Notes: generated by a model from the sequence alone, not told the origin. Numbered from the stretch's first letter, positions 18,195-29,520 are shown. The stretch: 64,000 bases of DNA from an uncultured Thermoplasmata archaeon (GCA_963838955.1 CAWISZ010000003.1:341121-405120), one strand, 5' to 3'. Program-made: numbers and translations.

Positions 18195-19247
18195 TCAGTC
18201 GCCTCCCATGTGGATCTTTCCACGGAACTTCGCGTAGACCGCGTAGGGTAGGTCGATCCCGTGGTCGAGGTAGTCCTGGACGGGGCGGCCGTAGCCTCGG
18301 TCGAGGCGGGTGAGCTCCTCCGTCGTCTCGAGATCGAACGCGTCGCTTCCCGCGCCCGAGCCGTATCCGACCATGAGGATCCGCTCGTGGGGCTTCGCGT
18401 AGTCGAGGACATTGGCGAGCCCGATCAGGGCCGCGCCCGAGTAGGTGTTACCGATGTACGGCGTGACGAGCCCGTGGCGCATCTGCTGCTCGGTGAACCC
18501 CATCTGTTTGCCCACCCGCTGCGGGAACTTCCCGTTGGGCTGGTGGAAGACGACGTGCGCGTAGTCCCGTGGTGTGCTCCCGACCTCTTCCATGAGGCGA
18601 CGTCCGCACTCGGTGACGTGGCGGAAGTATGCGGGCTCGCCCGTGAATCGACCCCCGTGGCTCGGGTACCGCTCCCCCTCCCGGCGCCAGAAGTCCGGAG
18701 TGTCCGTCGTGTAGGAGAGGGTCTTGCGCAGCGAGCAGATGACCCGTTCCCTCCCGATCACGAACGCGGCGCCGCCCGCGCTCGCGCTGTACTCGAGCGC
18801 GTCGCCGGGCGCGCCCTGGGAGGTGTCCGAACCGATCGCGACGCCGTAGCGCACCATCCGTGACTCGACCAGGCCGAGGCAGGTCTGGATCGCGGCCGTC
18901 CCGGCCTTGCACGCAAACTCGAAGTCGGCCGCGGTGAGGTTCGGAGTGGCTCCGACCGCTTGCGCTACGACCGTGGCGCTCGGCTTGACCGCGTACGGAT
19001 GCGATTCCGAACCGACATAGAGCGCCCCGATCTCCTGGGGATCGATCGCCCCGCGGATCAGCGCCGTTCGCAAGGCCTCCGTCGAGATCGTGATCGTGTC
19101 CTCGTCCGGCGCGGGTACGCTCTTGCGGTGGACGTTGAGCCCCTGGCCCATGGCCGCGCCATCGACCCCCCATACCTTCCCGATCTCGGTCGGCGTGATC
19201 CGGTACCGCGGGACGTACGCTCCGTAACTCACTATGCCTGCTTCCAT
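18195..19247 (-). CDS. Hydroxymethylglutaryl-CoA synthase
   Basis: 350 aa, [27 protein letters not shown]…[13 protein letters not shown]… (active-site Cys). It forms the canonical three-gene archaeal cluster with thiolase and DUF35. Confidence 0.85.
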   Translation of the reverse strand: MEAGIVSYGAYVPRYRITPTEIGKVWGVDGAAMGQGLNVHRKSVPAPDEDTITISTEALRTALIRGAIDPQEIGALYVGSESHPYAVKPSATVVAQAVGATPNLTAADFEFACKAGTAAIQTCLGLVESRMVRYGVAIGSDTSQGAPGDALEYSASAGGAAFVIGRERVICSLRKTLSYTTDTPDFWRREGERYPSHGGRFTGEPAYFRHVTECGRRLMEEVGSTPRDYAHVVFHQPNGKFPQRVGKQMGFTEQQMRHGLVTPYIGNTYSGAALIGLANVLDYAKPHERILMVGYGSGAGSDAFDLETTEELTRLDRGYGRPVQDYLDHGIDLPYAVYAKFRGKIHMGGD

Positions 19248-19266
19248 GTGTTTCGACCTCCGTGTC

Positions 19267-20007
19267 TTACAGCTCCTCCAGCCGCTCCAGGATCGTGGAC
19301 GTCGGGAGCGCGGTGGTGAGGAGAGGGATGTTCTCGACCTCGCTCAGGCGGATCGCGAGCGGGTCGATGCGACCGGGGCTGGCGAAGACGACCGCCGCCG
19401 GCTTGAGCGGGTGGGCCCGGATGGCGACCATCGGCGATCGCCCGTAGCGCACGTTCGCGAAGACGAGCGCGCGCTGTGTCGTCCAGCCGTAGACCTCGAC
19501 GTAGTGGGCGGCGTCGATCGACAGGATCGCGCGAGGAGCATCGAGCAGTGTATAGCCGTGGATGTCGCGCGCGAGGCCGACCCTTCCCACGGCCTTCGCG
19601 TCGAGGCGTTCGGCGAACGCCTTTAGCGGTACGGCGACGGAGAACTCCCGCATCCCGAGGATGCCTTCCGAATGGGGCCGGGCTCCGAGGCGTCGCCCGA
19701 CCCGGCTGCCGTGGAGAGTGTCCAGGTCGACGAGCCCCTGGACGTACCGTCGGATGAACCCCGCCCCCGGGCTCGCCCGACGTTCGGACTCGTAGTCACT
19801 GATCACCGACGGTACGGTTTCCAAATGGCGCGCGAGGTCCCGCTGGCTGATCGAGAAATCCTCCCGCCACTTGCGCAAGGTGCGGCCCGGGTGGGCGGAG
19901 AGGACGACCTCGCCGGCGATCTTCTCGCGGATCTCCGCGTCCATTCCACGGCCCACCTCGGGCGAGGTATAAATCGGTAGCTCTGCTGTCGTCCACCCCA
20001 TCGTCAT
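19267..20007 (-). CDS. XRE-family helix-turn-helix transcriptional regulator with a C-terminal domain of unknown function
   Basis: Central HTH: …[31 protein letters not shown]… 246 aa. It lies directly upstream of, and on the same strand as, HMG-CoA synthase. Confidence 0.6.
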   Translation of the reverse strand: MTMGWTTAELPIYTSPEVGRGMDAEIREKIAGEVVLSAHPGRTLRKWREDFSISQRDLARHLETVPSVISDYESERRASPGAGFIRRYVQGLVDLDTLHGSRVGRRLGARPHSEGILGMREFSVAVPLKAFAERLDAKAVGRVGLARDIHGYTLLDAPRAILSIDAAHYVEVYGWTTQRALVFANVRYGRSPMVAIRAHPLKPAAVVFASPGRIDPLAIRLSEVENIPLLTTALPTSTILERLEEL

Positions 20008-20208
20008 GTGTCGAACGCGCTGAGATCCCGGTCGAGGGAAGTGGACCGGGCGAGAGTTTCCGGAACGGGTGCTCGTTCCCGCTCCCTTTGAACTCGCGGC
20101 CTCTACCTTGCCAAGGTAGCGATCTTCCGCTGATCTACCGGCCCACGGACCCCGCCGAAGCGGAGCGCGCCATAAGCCCTTTCCCGCCAGCGTCGGGTGC
20201 GTCCGCGC

Positions 20209-22896
20209 TCACTTGCGACTGAACACCGCGAGCATCGCCGGGAAGTAGAACATCCGAATGATGAACGTGTCGATCACGAGCGAGATGGCGAAGGCGATCC
20301 CGAGCTGCTCGAGGAAGCTGATCGGTTGGAGCCCGAGGGAGCCGAGCGAGACGGCAAGGATCAGACCGAGGGACGTGACGACGACCCCGGAGTGGGCGAT
20401 CGCTCGCGGGATCGCGATCTTCTTCTCCGCATGCTTCCGCTCTTCGACGACCCGACTGAGGATGAACACGGTGTAATCGTTCCCGAGCGATAGGAGGATC
20501 ACGAACAGGATCAGGGGGATGAGGTAGATCAGCGACTGACCGAGAAGGTACGTACTGATCCAGTACAGGAGCACGATTGTCACGGAGATGCTGATGTACA
20601 CTCCCGTGAGGGAGATGATCGGATAGGAGAGCGATCGGAACGCAAAGCCGAGGACGACCCCGATCAGGATGACGATCAGGATTTCGATCTCGGGGTAGAC
20701 GATGTCGTTCTGGTTCTTCTGATCGAGCGAGGAGGCGCTGACCCCGCCCACGACCCAGCTCGAGTTCGTCCGCATCTGGCTGACGAGGTCCATCGCCTGG
20801 TTGGTGAACGGATTGTAGTCCGTGTAGACGACCCAGTACGCCCAGGTGCCGTTGTCGAAGAGGAACGTCGTGGCGGCCGATTTCGTGGTGGTGGTCGTTT
20901 GGTTCCCGGAGACGTACGGGCCGAGGGCCGACTTGACTCCCGAGAAGGTGAGGATGTGCGTCGCCGTTGCGTTTAACTGCGCAGCGCCCGCGGCAGAGAT
21001 CTCGCCGTTGGGGAGGAGGTACCCCGAGGGATCCTGGACGAGCACGTACGTCGGGTAGAGCTGGTTCGATCCGAACGCCGAATCGAGCTGCTGCTGGGCC
21101 TGCACGCTCGGCAGGCTGGACGGTAACCCCTGGGTTACGTCGTAGGTCGTCGGGACGGTGAGCGCCACCGCGATCGAGGGGATCGCGATCACCGCGATGA
21201 GCACGATCACGAGATAGCGTCGGCGGACCGAGAAGTTGGACGCGCGGTAGAACCCGGTCGTTTCGATGGGTTTCGTCGGGCCGGGCGTCCGGGCCTTCTT
21301 CAGGAAGATCCGGGGCCCGATGTAGCTCGTCAGTGCGGGAAGCAGGGTCGCCTCGCAGATGCCGATCAGCATCACGGCGATGAACAGCACCGGCCCCCAG
21401 CTCGGCAGGCCCGGAATGAAGCTGAGCACGCCGAGGCCCACCGCGACGATGATGGCGCTCGTGAGCACGGCGAACCCGGCCGTGTCTGTCGCCCGCTCGA
21501 TCGCCAGTTGCGGGTCGATGCCCTGGTGGATCTCCTCGCGGTAGCGGTAGAGGAGGAACACGAGATAGTCGGTGACGATCCCGAGGGTCACCGCCTCGAG
21601 GGTGTACGTCACGAGGTAGTCGACCTGGCCGAAGAGGAGGCCCGTCGTGAAGATCGCGACATCCCCGAAGAGCGTGCCGATCAGCACGAACAGGATCGTG
21701 AGGAGCGGCGCGACCCAGGACCGCAGCGTGATGAGGACGGCGATCGCGAGGAAGACGAAGGTCAGCGCGAAGAGGAAGTCGGAGGAGGACGTCAGCGACT
21801 GAGTGTCGTAGCTGATCGCCCCGCTCCCCGTGACCCCGGCGCTCGGGCCGAAGTACTCGCTCGCGAGATTGCGGACGCCCGGGGTCGCGAGCTGCGCGGG
21901 GTAGCTGTTGTCGGAGCCGCGGTAGGAATCCGGGACGTTGAAGACGACGAGGAGGATCTGGGTGCTCCCGTCCGGGCTTACGTACTGGCTGCGGAGCGCC
22001 GTGAAGAGGTCCTCGAAGGGGAACGGGATGTCCGTCCAGCCGTTGTCGAGAACGTAGTTCCACCCCCCGTCTCCGGGCAGGAGGAAGGAGGCGACTACGC
22101 TCGGCGCGATGAAGATGGGTCCCGCGGGGTTCAACAACAGCCCGATCGAGGTCTCGAGGTCGTAGGCGGTCGTGTAGTTCTGGAGCACGGAAACGAGGAC
22201 GATGATACTCACCTCCCCGTTCGATGGGATGTTCGGTGGCGCCGACCAGAAGATGGCCGTGTTGACCTGGGAGATCGGTGCCGCCGAGGTCGAGTAGTTT
22301 TCCAAGAGGTTCGCCTTGAACGCCTCGGTGTAGTTCGTATACGGTCCGCCGATCTCGATGTACGTCGTGTTGATGGAAGCGAACGTGTAGCTGTGGTTCC
22401 CCCACTCGGTGTAGAACTTCTGAGGGAACGTGTACACCTCGGCGGAATAGTTCACGAAGGAAGAGTGGGCCGCGACGATCGTGCTCCGATGGGATCCGTA
22501 GATCTCGTCGAGGAGGGTCGCTTCCGAGTAGCAGATCGAACCCGTGTAGTCGTAGTGGGAGTAGTTCTTCTGGTCGAGCGTCGCGCTGAACGACTGGACC
22601 TGCGAGCAGAACGCCTGGGGGGTCGGGTACTGCACGCTCGAGTTCGCGACCACGACGAACAACGTCGAGTTCTGAGGATGGACCTGGTCGAGGAGGTTCT
22701 GGGCCTGCTGTGACTGGCTTCCCGCGACCCCGTTGCCCGTGGAAGAGTAGTTGATGTACTGAGAAGAGAGCGCCGCCATCGGGACGATGGCGAGCAGAAT
22801 GATGATCCACACCACCAGTACGAGTCGGCGCCGACGGTTCTTGAAAAGGAGACGAGACAGGCCGTGACCTTTGCCTGCGGGGTCTTCGGTTCCCAT
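20209..22896 (-). CDS. MMPL/RND-superfamily membrane transporter
   Basis: 895 aa with the topology TM1, a large N/S/T-rich loop, TM2-6 and a second loop before TM7-12. SSD-like motif …GIVTDYLVFLLYRYREE… The overlapping 891-aa and 401-aa ORFs in other frames are rejected. Confidence 0.65.
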   Translation of the reverse strand: MGTEDPAGKGHGLSRLLFKNRRRRLVLVVWIIILLAIVPMAALSSQYINYSSTGNGVAGSQSQQAQNLLDQVHPQNSTLFVVVANSSVQYPTPQAFCSQVQSFSATLDQKNYSHYDYTGSICYSEATLLDEIYGSHRSTIVAAHSSFVNYSAEVYTFPQKFYTEWGNHSYTFASINTTYIEIGGPYTNYTEAFKANLLENYSTSAAPISQVNTAIFWSAPPNIPSNGEVSIIVLVSVLQNYTTAYDLETSIGLLLNPAGPIFIAPSVVASFLLPGDGGWNYVLDNGWTDIPFPFEDLFTALRSQYVSPDGSTQILLVVFNVPDSYRGSDNSYPAQLATPGVRNLASEYFGPSAGVTGSGAISYDTQSLTSSSDFLFALTFVFLAIAVLITLRSWVAPLLTILFVLIGTLFGDVAIFTTGLLFGQVDYLVTYTLEAVTLGIVTDYLVFLLYRYREEIHQGIDPQLAIERATDTAGFAVLTSAIIVAVGLGVLSFIPGLPSWGPVLFIAVMLIGICEATLLPALTSYIGPRIFLKKARTPGPTKPIETTGFYRASNFSVRRRYLVIVLIAVIAIPSIAVALTVPTTYDVTQGLPSSLPSVQAQQQLDSAFGSNQLYPTYVLVQDPSGYLLPNGEISAAGAAQLNATATHILTFSGVKSALGPYVSGNQTTTTTKSAATTFLFDNGTWAYWVVYTDYNPFTNQAMDLVSQMRTNSSWVVGGVSASSLDQKNQNDIVYPEIEILIVILIGVVLGFAFRSLSYPIISLTGVYISISVTIVLLYWISTYLLGQSLIYLIPLILFVILLSLGNDYTVFILSRVVEERKHAEKKIAIPRAIAHSGVVVTSLGLILAVSLGSLGLQPISFLEQLGIAFAISLVIDTFIIRMFYFPAMLAVFSRK

Positions 22897-23062
22897 CGTC
22901 GAGGCGAGGGGAGGCTACGGAATAATGACCTTTCGCCTCCCCGTCGCCGTCGGCCCGTTCGCGCGGGCCCGAAGGGAGACTCCGTGGGCGTGGGTGCTCC
23001 CGGTCGAGATGTCCCGGGCTCCGAGATGAGGATTAACTCCTCCGGCCCCTCTCCCCACCGCC

Positions 23063-24286
23063 ATGCGCTCGTCGAACCGCCCCGACCGTCGAGCGGATCC
23101 GGTCGGAGCCTTCGTTCCCGGCCCGCGCGTCGTCCGACCCCCGACGGGACGCGGGGTCCTGAACGGCCTCACCTTCGCGGTCAAGGACGTGCTCGATATC
23201 CGCGGCGAACCGACGGGGAGCGGGAACCCCGATTGGCGTGCCACCCACGCTCCGGCGCGATCGACCGCGGCGGTCGTGGAACTTTGGCTGCGCCAGGGAG
23301 CGCGCATGGTCGGCAAGACGATCTGCGATGAACTTGCGTTCAGCCTGGAGGGGGCGAACTACCACTACGGAACTCCCGTCAACTCGCGATGTCCGAATCG
23401 GCTCCCCGGCGGGTCCTCGAGCGGATCGGCCGCCGCCGTCGCGGCCGGGCTCGTGGACGGTGCGCTGGGTTCCGATACCGGAGGGTCGGTCCGGAGCCCC
23501 GCGAGTTTCTGCGGCATTTTCGGCTTCCGTCCGACCCACGGCCGAGTTCCCGTCCGGGGCATGGCTCCGCTCGCGCCGAGCTACGACACGGTCGGATGGT
23601 TCGCGAGGGACGGCCCGGCGCTCCAACGATTCGGCCGCGCGCTGTCCATGGGGGAGGCGGGACCGCCTCGCGAGTACGTGCTGGTAGCCGATGCGTGGGA
23701 TCTCGTCGAACCCCGATCGGCGCGCGCCGTCCGCGCCGCCGCCGAGAAGCTAGGGATCACCGACGAGGTCCGGATCTATGAGGGGAATCCCACCGCCTGG
23801 TACGAGGCGTACCGCGTGCTCCAAGGCGCTCAGATCTGGTCGCACTACGCCGGGTGGATCCGCCGGGTGCATCCTCGCTTCGGACCGCGAACGGCCGAGC
23901 GGTTCGAGGGCGTGCGTCGGATCACCCGAGCCGAGGTTACGAAGCAAGCGAGATTCCGCCGAGGGGTGGCGCTCCAAGTGCGTCAGCTCGTCCGCCATGG
24001 GCGGGCGCTCGTGCTCCCGGCGAGCCCATGCATCGCACTCTCCCGCCGGCGATCTCTCGCCGCGCGGGGGGCGTTCTATCCACGGGCCCTCGCGCTCAAT
24101 TCGGTTGCAGGTCACTCCGGCCTGCCCGAAGTCGCCCTCCCTCTCGCCGAGGTCGGAGGATGCCCGATCGGGATCGGAGTGATCGCCGGGGCCGATCGGG
24201 ACGAGAGCCTCCTCGCCCTGGCCGCCTCCGATCGAATCGCGCGGCTGCGCCCCGAACCCGGGGCCATTGCGCGAACACGCGGGTAA
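23063..24286 (+). CDS. Amidase (amidase-signature family)
   Basis: …LTFAVKDVLDIRGEPTGSGN… (catalytic Lys) and the GGSSSGSAAAVAAG signature (Ser-cisSer-Lys triad). 407 aa. Confidence 0.8.
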   Translation: MRSSNRPDRRADPVGAFVPGPRVVRPPTGRGVLNGLTFAVKDVLDIRGEPTGSGNPDWRATHAPARSTAAVVELWLRQGARMVGKTICDELAFSLEGANYHYGTPVNSRCPNRLPGGSSSGSAAAVAAGLVDGALGSDTGGSVRSPASFCGIFGFRPTHGRVPVRGMAPLAPSYDTVGWFARDGPALQRFGRALSMGEAGPPREYVLVADAWDLVEPRSARAVRAAAEKLGITDEVRIYEGNPTAWYEAYRVLQGAQIWSHYAGWIRRVHPRFGPRTAERFEGVRRITRAEVTKQARFRRGVALQVRQLVRHGRALVLPASPCIALSRRRSLAARGAFYPRALALNSVAGHSGLPEVALPLAEVGGCPIGIGVIAGADRDESLLALAASDRIARLRPEPGAIARTRG

Positions 24287-24392
24287 GGCGACCGGGCGGT
24301 GACCCGCTCCTTCCTCGCTCGGAGGGGGCTACCGTAGTTGGGCCGAGGTCGTTCGGCGCGAAGCCTCGGGATCGAGGCCCACAACAACGCTT

Positions 24393-24779
24393 ATGGGCCT
24401 ACCTCCGTTCATCCTTTCGATGGCAGAAGGCTCCTCCTCCGGCGAGCCGATTGATGTCCTCCTGGCGGGCACTCGGGACCTGTTGCGCCCCGAGGAGATC
24501 GTCCGCGACGCGACCCGCGACATCATCAAAGACGAGATCCGCCGCCACATCGAAAAGTCCCTCAAGGAGGATCCCGAACTGGCCCGGGACCTGCGCGAAT
24601 CGGTTCGTCAGTTGCTCGAGGCGCGTGCGCTCGAGTACGCCGCGTTGCTCCAGGTCGGGACCTGCACCGCCCGGCTCGGCCTTTCGACGTTGCCCGAGTC
24701 CGTGCGCAAGAAGCTGCGGGAAGATATCGCGAAGCTCCTGACCCGTGAGCTCGGCGGCATCGTCGAGCAGTCGCTCTGA
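24393..24779 (+). CDS. Hypothetical helical protein
   Basis: 128 aa with charged helices, in an intergenic-sized gap. No recognisable family. Confidence 0.35.
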   Translation: MGLPPFILSMAEGSSSGEPIDVLLAGTRDLLRPEEIVRDATRDIIKDEIRRHIEKSLKEDPELARDLRESVRQLLEARALEYAALLQVGTCTARLGLSTLPESVRKKLREDIAKLLTRELGGIVEQSL

Positions 24780-25005
24780 TCCGCCGACCGCTGCGGCTGA
24801 ATGAGCTCGATCCAGACATCGTCCGGACCGCGATCCTACGCGACCTCGACGCGTCGGCCGTCCTTGAACTGGGTCCGGAGGCGGGCGCCGTACCGACGCC
24901 ATCGGCGACCGACGCCGGGCAGGTCTCGGACCCGAACGTCGATGTGGTCGAGGCCCTCGCCTACGACGAACCGGGTCGCGAACTGCGAACCGGGTGGGTC
25001 GCAGT

Positions 25006-26343
25006 TCAGCTCGAGGTGTTGCTTCGATCTCGGATTCCCCGTGTAGTCGATGTACATTTCCTTCCCGCGGCCGCTCCCCTCGGCGCCTCGCGGCCGCGTC
25101 GCGGTTTGGACTGGGCTCCGTTCGTGCGGAGGGGCACGCGCTGGACCAGTTCCCGGACACCTTGAACGAGCGCGGCGACATCGCGTCGATTGTTGTACAG
25201 GTAGAACGATGCGCGAACGCTCCCCGTGAGCCCGCGGCGCTCGTACCAGGAGTGCACGCAGTGCATGCCGGAGCGGACGAGCACTCCCCAACCCTCATCG
25301 AGGAACAACGCCGCGTCGTGCGGATCGATCCCGTCGATCGTGAAGCCGAAGATGCTCGGCCGGTCCCGAACGTTCTGCGGGCCGAGGACGTGGACCCGTC
25401 CGAGTTCGGAGAGCGCCTCCGTCACCTCACGGTTGAGCGCGCGCTGGGTACGCTCGACGGTCTCGAGCCCGACCCGTTCGAGGTACCGGAGCCCCGCGTG
25501 GGCCCCGATGATCCCTCCGTAGTTCTGCAGCCCCGCCTCGAACCGATACGGCGGCGGACGCAATCGGTGGTCCGCGAGCGTGGTCCATTCCACCGTCTCC
25601 CCGCCCACTACGAGGGGCCGCAAACCGGAGAGCGCTTCGGGAGTCCCCACGAGGATCCCCGTCCCGGTCGGTCCGAGCATCTTGTGGGCGGAGATGGCGT
25701 AGAAGTCCGTCCCCACGCGATCGAAGTTCACGGATTGGTGCGGCGCCGCCTGGCAACCATCGAACAACGTCCGGGCTCCCCGGTCGTGGGCCCGCTCCGC
25801 GATCTCGCGGATCGGCAGCGAACGACCATCGAGATTGGATGTATGAAATAGGCTCACGAGCCGGATCTTGCGGGACAGGGCGCGTTCGAGCACTTCCCCA
25901 TCCCACGATCCGTCGACGCTCAACGGGAGGATTTCGAGCCGGATCCCTCGCTCGCGCTGGAGCCGTTGCCATACGACGAGGTTGGAGTTGTGTTCCTGAT
26001 CGGAGACGAGCACCCGGTCGCCCTTCTTCCAGTCGAGGCCGCTCGCGACGAGGTTGATCGCTTCCGTCGCGTTCCGCAGGAAGACGATGTTTCCCGACGG
26101 GCGCGTCCCGACGAAGTTCGCGAAAGCCCCTCGCGCGGCGTCGTAGCGTCGCGAGACCTCTTCTGCAAAGCGGTGCAGGCTGCGTCCGGCGCAGCCGGGG
26201 TAGTCGGAGTAGTACTCCTCCATCGCGCGCAGGACCGAATCGGGGACGAGCGACATGCACGCGGAATCGAGGTACGCGACGGGAGGTCGACCCGGGTGGG
26301 GACGCAGGGCGGGGAAGTCGGCCCGCGCGCGTGCGATGTTCAT
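25006..26343 (-). CDS. Class-V aminotransferase / cysteine-desulfurase-like PLP enzyme
   Basis: From the ATG at 26343: MNIARARADFPALRP…YLDSACMSLVP…ISAHKMLGPTGTGIL… (PLP-Lys). The low-complexity C-terminal tail is noted. The upstream extension of the ORF is rejected. Confidence 0.75.
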   Translation of the reverse strand: MNIARARADFPALRPHPGRPPVAYLDSACMSLVPDSVLRAMEEYYSDYPGCAGRSLHRFAEEVSRRYDAARGAFANFVGTRPSGNIVFLRNATEAINLVASGLDWKKGDRVLVSDQEHNSNLVVWQRLQRERGIRLEILPLSVDGSWDGEVLERALSRKIRLVSLFHTSNLDGRSLPIREIAERAHDRGARTLFDGCQAAPHQSVNFDRVGTDFYAISAHKMLGPTGTGILVGTPEALSGLRPLVVGGETVEWTTLADHRLRPPPYRFEAGLQNYGGIIGAHAGLRYLERVGLETVERTQRALNREVTEALSELGRVHVLGPQNVRDRPSIFGFTIDGIDPHDAALFLDEGWGVLVRSGMHCVHSWYERRGLTGSVRASFYLYNNRRDVAALVQGVRELVQRVPLRTNGAQSKPRRGREAPRGAAAGRKCTSTTRGIRDRSNTSS

Positions 26344-27539
26344 GGAGGGTTCCTTTGTAGGGCCTCGGTCGCGGCCAAGAGGGCGGCGGCGCCGTGGACG
26401 AGCGGCGCTTCGGGCGGAGCGAAGCGCGCGCTGTGGAGTCCCGCCGAACGACCGGGAACTCCCACGCCGAGCTGGAAGAACGTCCCGGGCACGCGCTCGA
26501 GGTACCGTGCGAAGTCCTCGGCCCCCATTACCGGCTCGTCGAGCTCGATGACGCGGCTGGGGCCGAACTCCGCCCGCAGCCCTTCGGTGATGACCCGCGT
26601 CGCCGCGGCGGGATTCCACAGGGCCGGGTATCCCCGGTAGTACTCGATCCGCACCTTCGCTTCGAGGCTGGCGGCGATCGACCGCGCTCGGCGGCGGAGC
26701 GCGACCTCCATCCGCTCGCGGGTCGCGGGCCGGAACGTGCGCACCGTGCCGTCGAGGACGACCTCCTCCGGAAGTATGTTGTGTCGGGTGCCGCCGTGGA
26801 TCTGCCCGACGCTCACGACCACCGGATCAACTGGGCTACGCACCCGGCTCACGAGCGCCTGGAGTCCGACCACGATCTCGGACGCGACGAGCACCGCGTC
26901 GGGCCCGAGGTGCGGCGCAGCCGCGTGGCCTCCATGGCCCCGGATCCGGATGCGGAAGCGATCGGCCGCGGCCATGGCGGGCCCCACCCGGGTCCCGATC
27001 GATCCGAGGGGTACGGACGGATCGACGTGCTGACCTACGACGTAATCAACCCTCGGCCGTTCGAAGCAACCCCGCTCGAGGAACGGTCGTGCGCCCCCCT
27101 CCTCTCCCTCCTCCTCCGCCGGCTGAAAGAGCAGCTTAACGGTGCCCCGGAGCTCGGCCCGGTGCGCGGCGAGCACCGCACCGGCCCCGAGGAGCGCGGA
27201 CATGTGAACGTCGTGTCCGCACGCGTGCATCCGGCCGGGGTTGCGCGAACGGAAGGCCAGGCCGGTTTCCTCGGTCACGGGGAGGGCGTCCATGTCCGCC
27301 CGCAGAGCCACGACGGGACCCGGTCGTCCTCCGGCGATTATCGCGAGAACCCCGTTAAAGCCGTCGTCGTACGTGGTCGGCTTCAGGCTCAAGGTCCGGA
27401 GCGCCGCCACCACCCGATTGCGGGTGTGGGTCTCTTCGTTGGAGAGCTCAGGATCCTCGTGAAAGGCAATCCGCCAGGCCCGCATCTGAGGCAGAACGCG
27501 TCGGGCCGAGCGCGTCCACCGGCCGGCGACCCGAGCCAT
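26340..27539 (-). CDS. M20-family amidohydrolase (peptidase M20D / N-acyl-amino-acid amidohydrolase-like)
   Basis: 399 aa, …MHACGHDVHMSALLGAG…, a metal-binding His/Asp pattern. 4-nt overlap with the downstream aminotransferase. Confidence 0.75.
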   Translation of the reverse strand: MARVAGRWTRSARRVLPQMRAWRIAFHEDPELSNEETHTRNRVVAALRTLSLKPTTYDDGFNGVLAIIAGGRPGPVVALRADMDALPVTEETGLAFRSRNPGRMHACGHDVHMSALLGAGAVLAAHRAELRGTVKLLFQPAEEEGEEGGARPFLERGCFERPRVDYVVGQHVDPSVPLGSIGTRVGPAMAAADRFRIRIRGHGGHAAAPHLGPDAVLVASEIVVGLQALVSRVRSPVDPVVVSVGQIHGGTRHNILPEEVVLDGTVRTFRPATRERMEVALRRRARSIAASLEAKVRIEYYRGYPALWNPAAATRVITEGLRAEFGPSRVIELDEPVMGAEDFARYLERVPGTFFQLGVGVPGRSAGLHSARFAPPEAPLVHGAAALLAATEALQRNPP

Positions 27540-27584
27540 CGGCCGGTGAGCGAAGCGTGCGATATAAGGGAGGCCGCGGCGGGC

Positions 27585-28373
27585 TCACGCGCGAACCGTC
27601 CGGGCGATCGGTCCGAGCACGCGTCGCACGGTTGCGGCCCCGAACGATCGGGCGAAGCGTTCCTCGAGCGCGCTCGCGACGATGACCCCATCGGCGCCGT
27701 ACGCGAGCGCCTGCGCGGCCGTCGCGCGGTCCTTGATCCCGAACCCGATCAGGACCGGCATCGCCGGCGCGGCCCGGTGGGCCGTCCGAACGATCGGGGT
27801 CAGATCGATCCGCTCGGCGGAGCGGGTCGTCCCCGTGGTCCCGTACCGCGCCACGAGGTACAGGAATCCATGGGTCGCCCGCGCGAGGTGGACCGTGCGG
27901 GTTTTTGTGACCCCCGGCGCCGCGAGAAGCACGAGATCGATCGAATGGCGGCCGGCCGCGGCGATCCACGGGGGTGTCTCTTCCAGCGGCAGATCCGGAA
28001 CGACGAGCCCCGACGCGCCCGCGCGCGCGATGCTCGCGAGGGAGTGGTCGAGCCCGTGCCGCCAGAACGGGTTGGCGTAGCCCATGACCGCCGTCGGAAG
28101 GAGCTCGCTCGCGATCTCGAGGGACTCCACGAGATCGCTCCAGTCGGTGCCGTTCGCGAGGGCCCGGTCCGCGGTGGCCTGCAAGATCGGTCCATCGGCG
28201 ATCGGATCGGAGAACGGGAATCCCAACTCGAGCGCCGAGGCTCCCGACTCGAGCGCCGCCTCTACGACCGGCCGAAGTCGATGCGTGCGGGCCCGGTCGA
28301 CCATGACGTACGGGACGAGGGTGGCGCGTGTTTGCGAACGAGCGAGAGCGAGCGCGTCACCGAGTCGCGGCAC
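27585..28373 (-). CDS. trpA: Tryptophan synthase alpha chain
   Basis: …[48 protein letters not shown]… The GTG at 28373 overlaps the trpB end. The long upstream extension of the ORF is rejected. Confidence 0.85.
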   Translation of the reverse strand: MPRLGDALALARSQTRATLVPYVMVDRARTHRLRPVVEAALESGASALELGFPFSDPIADGPILQATADRALANGTDWSDLVESLEIASELLPTAVMGYANPFWRHGLDHSLASIARAGASGLVVPDLPLEETPPWIAAAGRHSIDLVLLAAPGVTKTRTVHLARATHGFLYLVARYGTTGTTRSAERIDLTPIVRTAHRAAPAMPVLIGFGIKDRATAAQALAYGADGVIVASALEERFARSFGAATVRRVLGPIARTVRA

Positions 28374-29520
28374 GACCGACCACCTCCAGGTCCTTGTCGC
28401 CGCGACCCGAGAGGGTGACCACGATCTTCTGCCGGGCGGGGCGTCGTCGCGCCTCCGCGACCGCAGCGAAGAGGGCATGGGAGGATTCCAGCGCCGGGAG
28501 GATCCCTTCGTCCTCGGCCAGCCAATGGAACGCCCGCAGGGCTTGGTCGTCGTGCACGGCGATGTACCGGGCCCGACCGCTGTCCTTGAGCCAGGCGTGC
28601 TCGGGGCCGACGCCTGCGTAGTCGAGCCCCGCGCTGATGCTCTCCGTCTCGGAGATCTGGCCGTCCCGATCCTGCAAGACGTAGGAGTAGGCGCCATGCA
28701 GGATCCCGGGCCGGCCGTGGGCGAGGGACGCCGCGCCGGCTCCGTGGCGTCGAGATCCCCCGGCCTCCACGCCCAGGAATTCGACGTCCGTGCGTCGCAA
28801 GGGGTGGAACGTGCCGATCGCGTTCGATCCACCGCCGACGCAGGCGACGGCGAGATCGGGAAGGCGACCGAACGCCGCGCGGGATTGTATCGCGATCTCC
28901 CGTCCGATCACGCTCTGGAACTCCGCGACGATCGATGGGAACGGGTGCGGTCCCACCGCGGAGCCCAGTAGGTAGTGGGTCGTCCGTACGCTCGAGATCC
29001 AGTCCCGGAGCGCGGCATTGATCGCGTCCTTGAGGGTCCGCTGGCCGGTCGTCACGGGCCGGACCTTCGCGCCGAGCAGCTCCATGCGCAGCACATTGGT
29101 CCGCTGGCGTTCCATGTCGACCTCGCCCATGTACACCTCGGCCTCGAGCCCGAGCGCGGCCCCGATCATCGCGGTCGCAACCCCGTGTTGCCCCGCCCCG
29201 GTCTCGGCGATCAGGCGCGGCTTGCCCATCCGCTGCGCGAGCAGGCCCTGGCCGAGCGCGTTGTTGAACTTGTGCGCGCCCCCGTGCACGAGGTCCTCCC
29301 GCTTGAGCCAGATCTCTGCGCCTCGGGCGCGCGCGGTCAGCCGCCGGGCGAAGTACAGAGGCGTCGGCCGTCCCGCGAGAGTATGGGAGAGACGACGCAG
29401 TTCGGCCCGGAACTTCGGGTCTCGGCGGGCGGCATGCCACTCGCGTTCGAGCTCGGACAGCGCGGGTACGAGCGTCTCCGGTACGAAGGCCCCCCCATAG
29501 GGGCCAAACCGCCTAGGCAT
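28357..29520 (-). CDS. trpB: Tryptophan synthase beta chain
   Basis: 387 aa, …[33 protein letters not shown]…[10 protein letters not shown]… (PLP-Lys). Confidence 0.9.
   Translation of the reverse strand: MPRRFGPYGGAFVPETLVPALSELEREWHAARRDPKFRAELRRLSHTLAGRPTPLYFARRLTARARGAEIWLKREDLVHGGAHKFNNALGQGLLAQRMGKPRLIAETGAGQHGVATAMIGAALGLEAEVYMGEVDMERQRTNVLRMELLGAKVRPVTTGQRTLKDAINAALRDWISSVRTTHYLLGSAVGPHPFPSIVAEFQSVIGREIAIQSRAAFGRLPDLAVACVGGGSNAIGTFHPLRRTDVEFLGVEAGGSRRHGAGAASLAHGRPGILHGAYSYVLQDRDGQISETESISAGLDYAGVGPEHAWLKDSGRARYIAVHDDQALRAFHWLAEDEGILPALESSHALFAAVAEARRRPARQKIVVTLSGRGDKDLEVVGRAATR

Noticed and set aside
20135-22810. An 891-aa ORF and a 401-aa ORF (21508-22713, plus strand) that overlap the MMPL transporter gene in other frames.
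   Set aside because: They translate to Arg/Pro/Gly/Asp-rich low-complexity sequence, as expected for out-of-frame reading of 68% GC DNA. The MMPL frame has coherent transmembrane topology.
24836-25057. A 73-aa minus-strand ORF (MYIDYTGNPRSKQHLELNCDPPGSQ…) that overlaps the 3' end of the aminotransferase gene. I considered it as a TusA-like sulfur carrier next to a cysteine-desulfurase-like enzyme.
   Set aside because: The Cys context is CDPP rather than the TusA CPxP, and its spacing from the conserved Gly is wrong. There is no clear ribosome-binding site, and it overlaps the upstream gene by about 50 nt.
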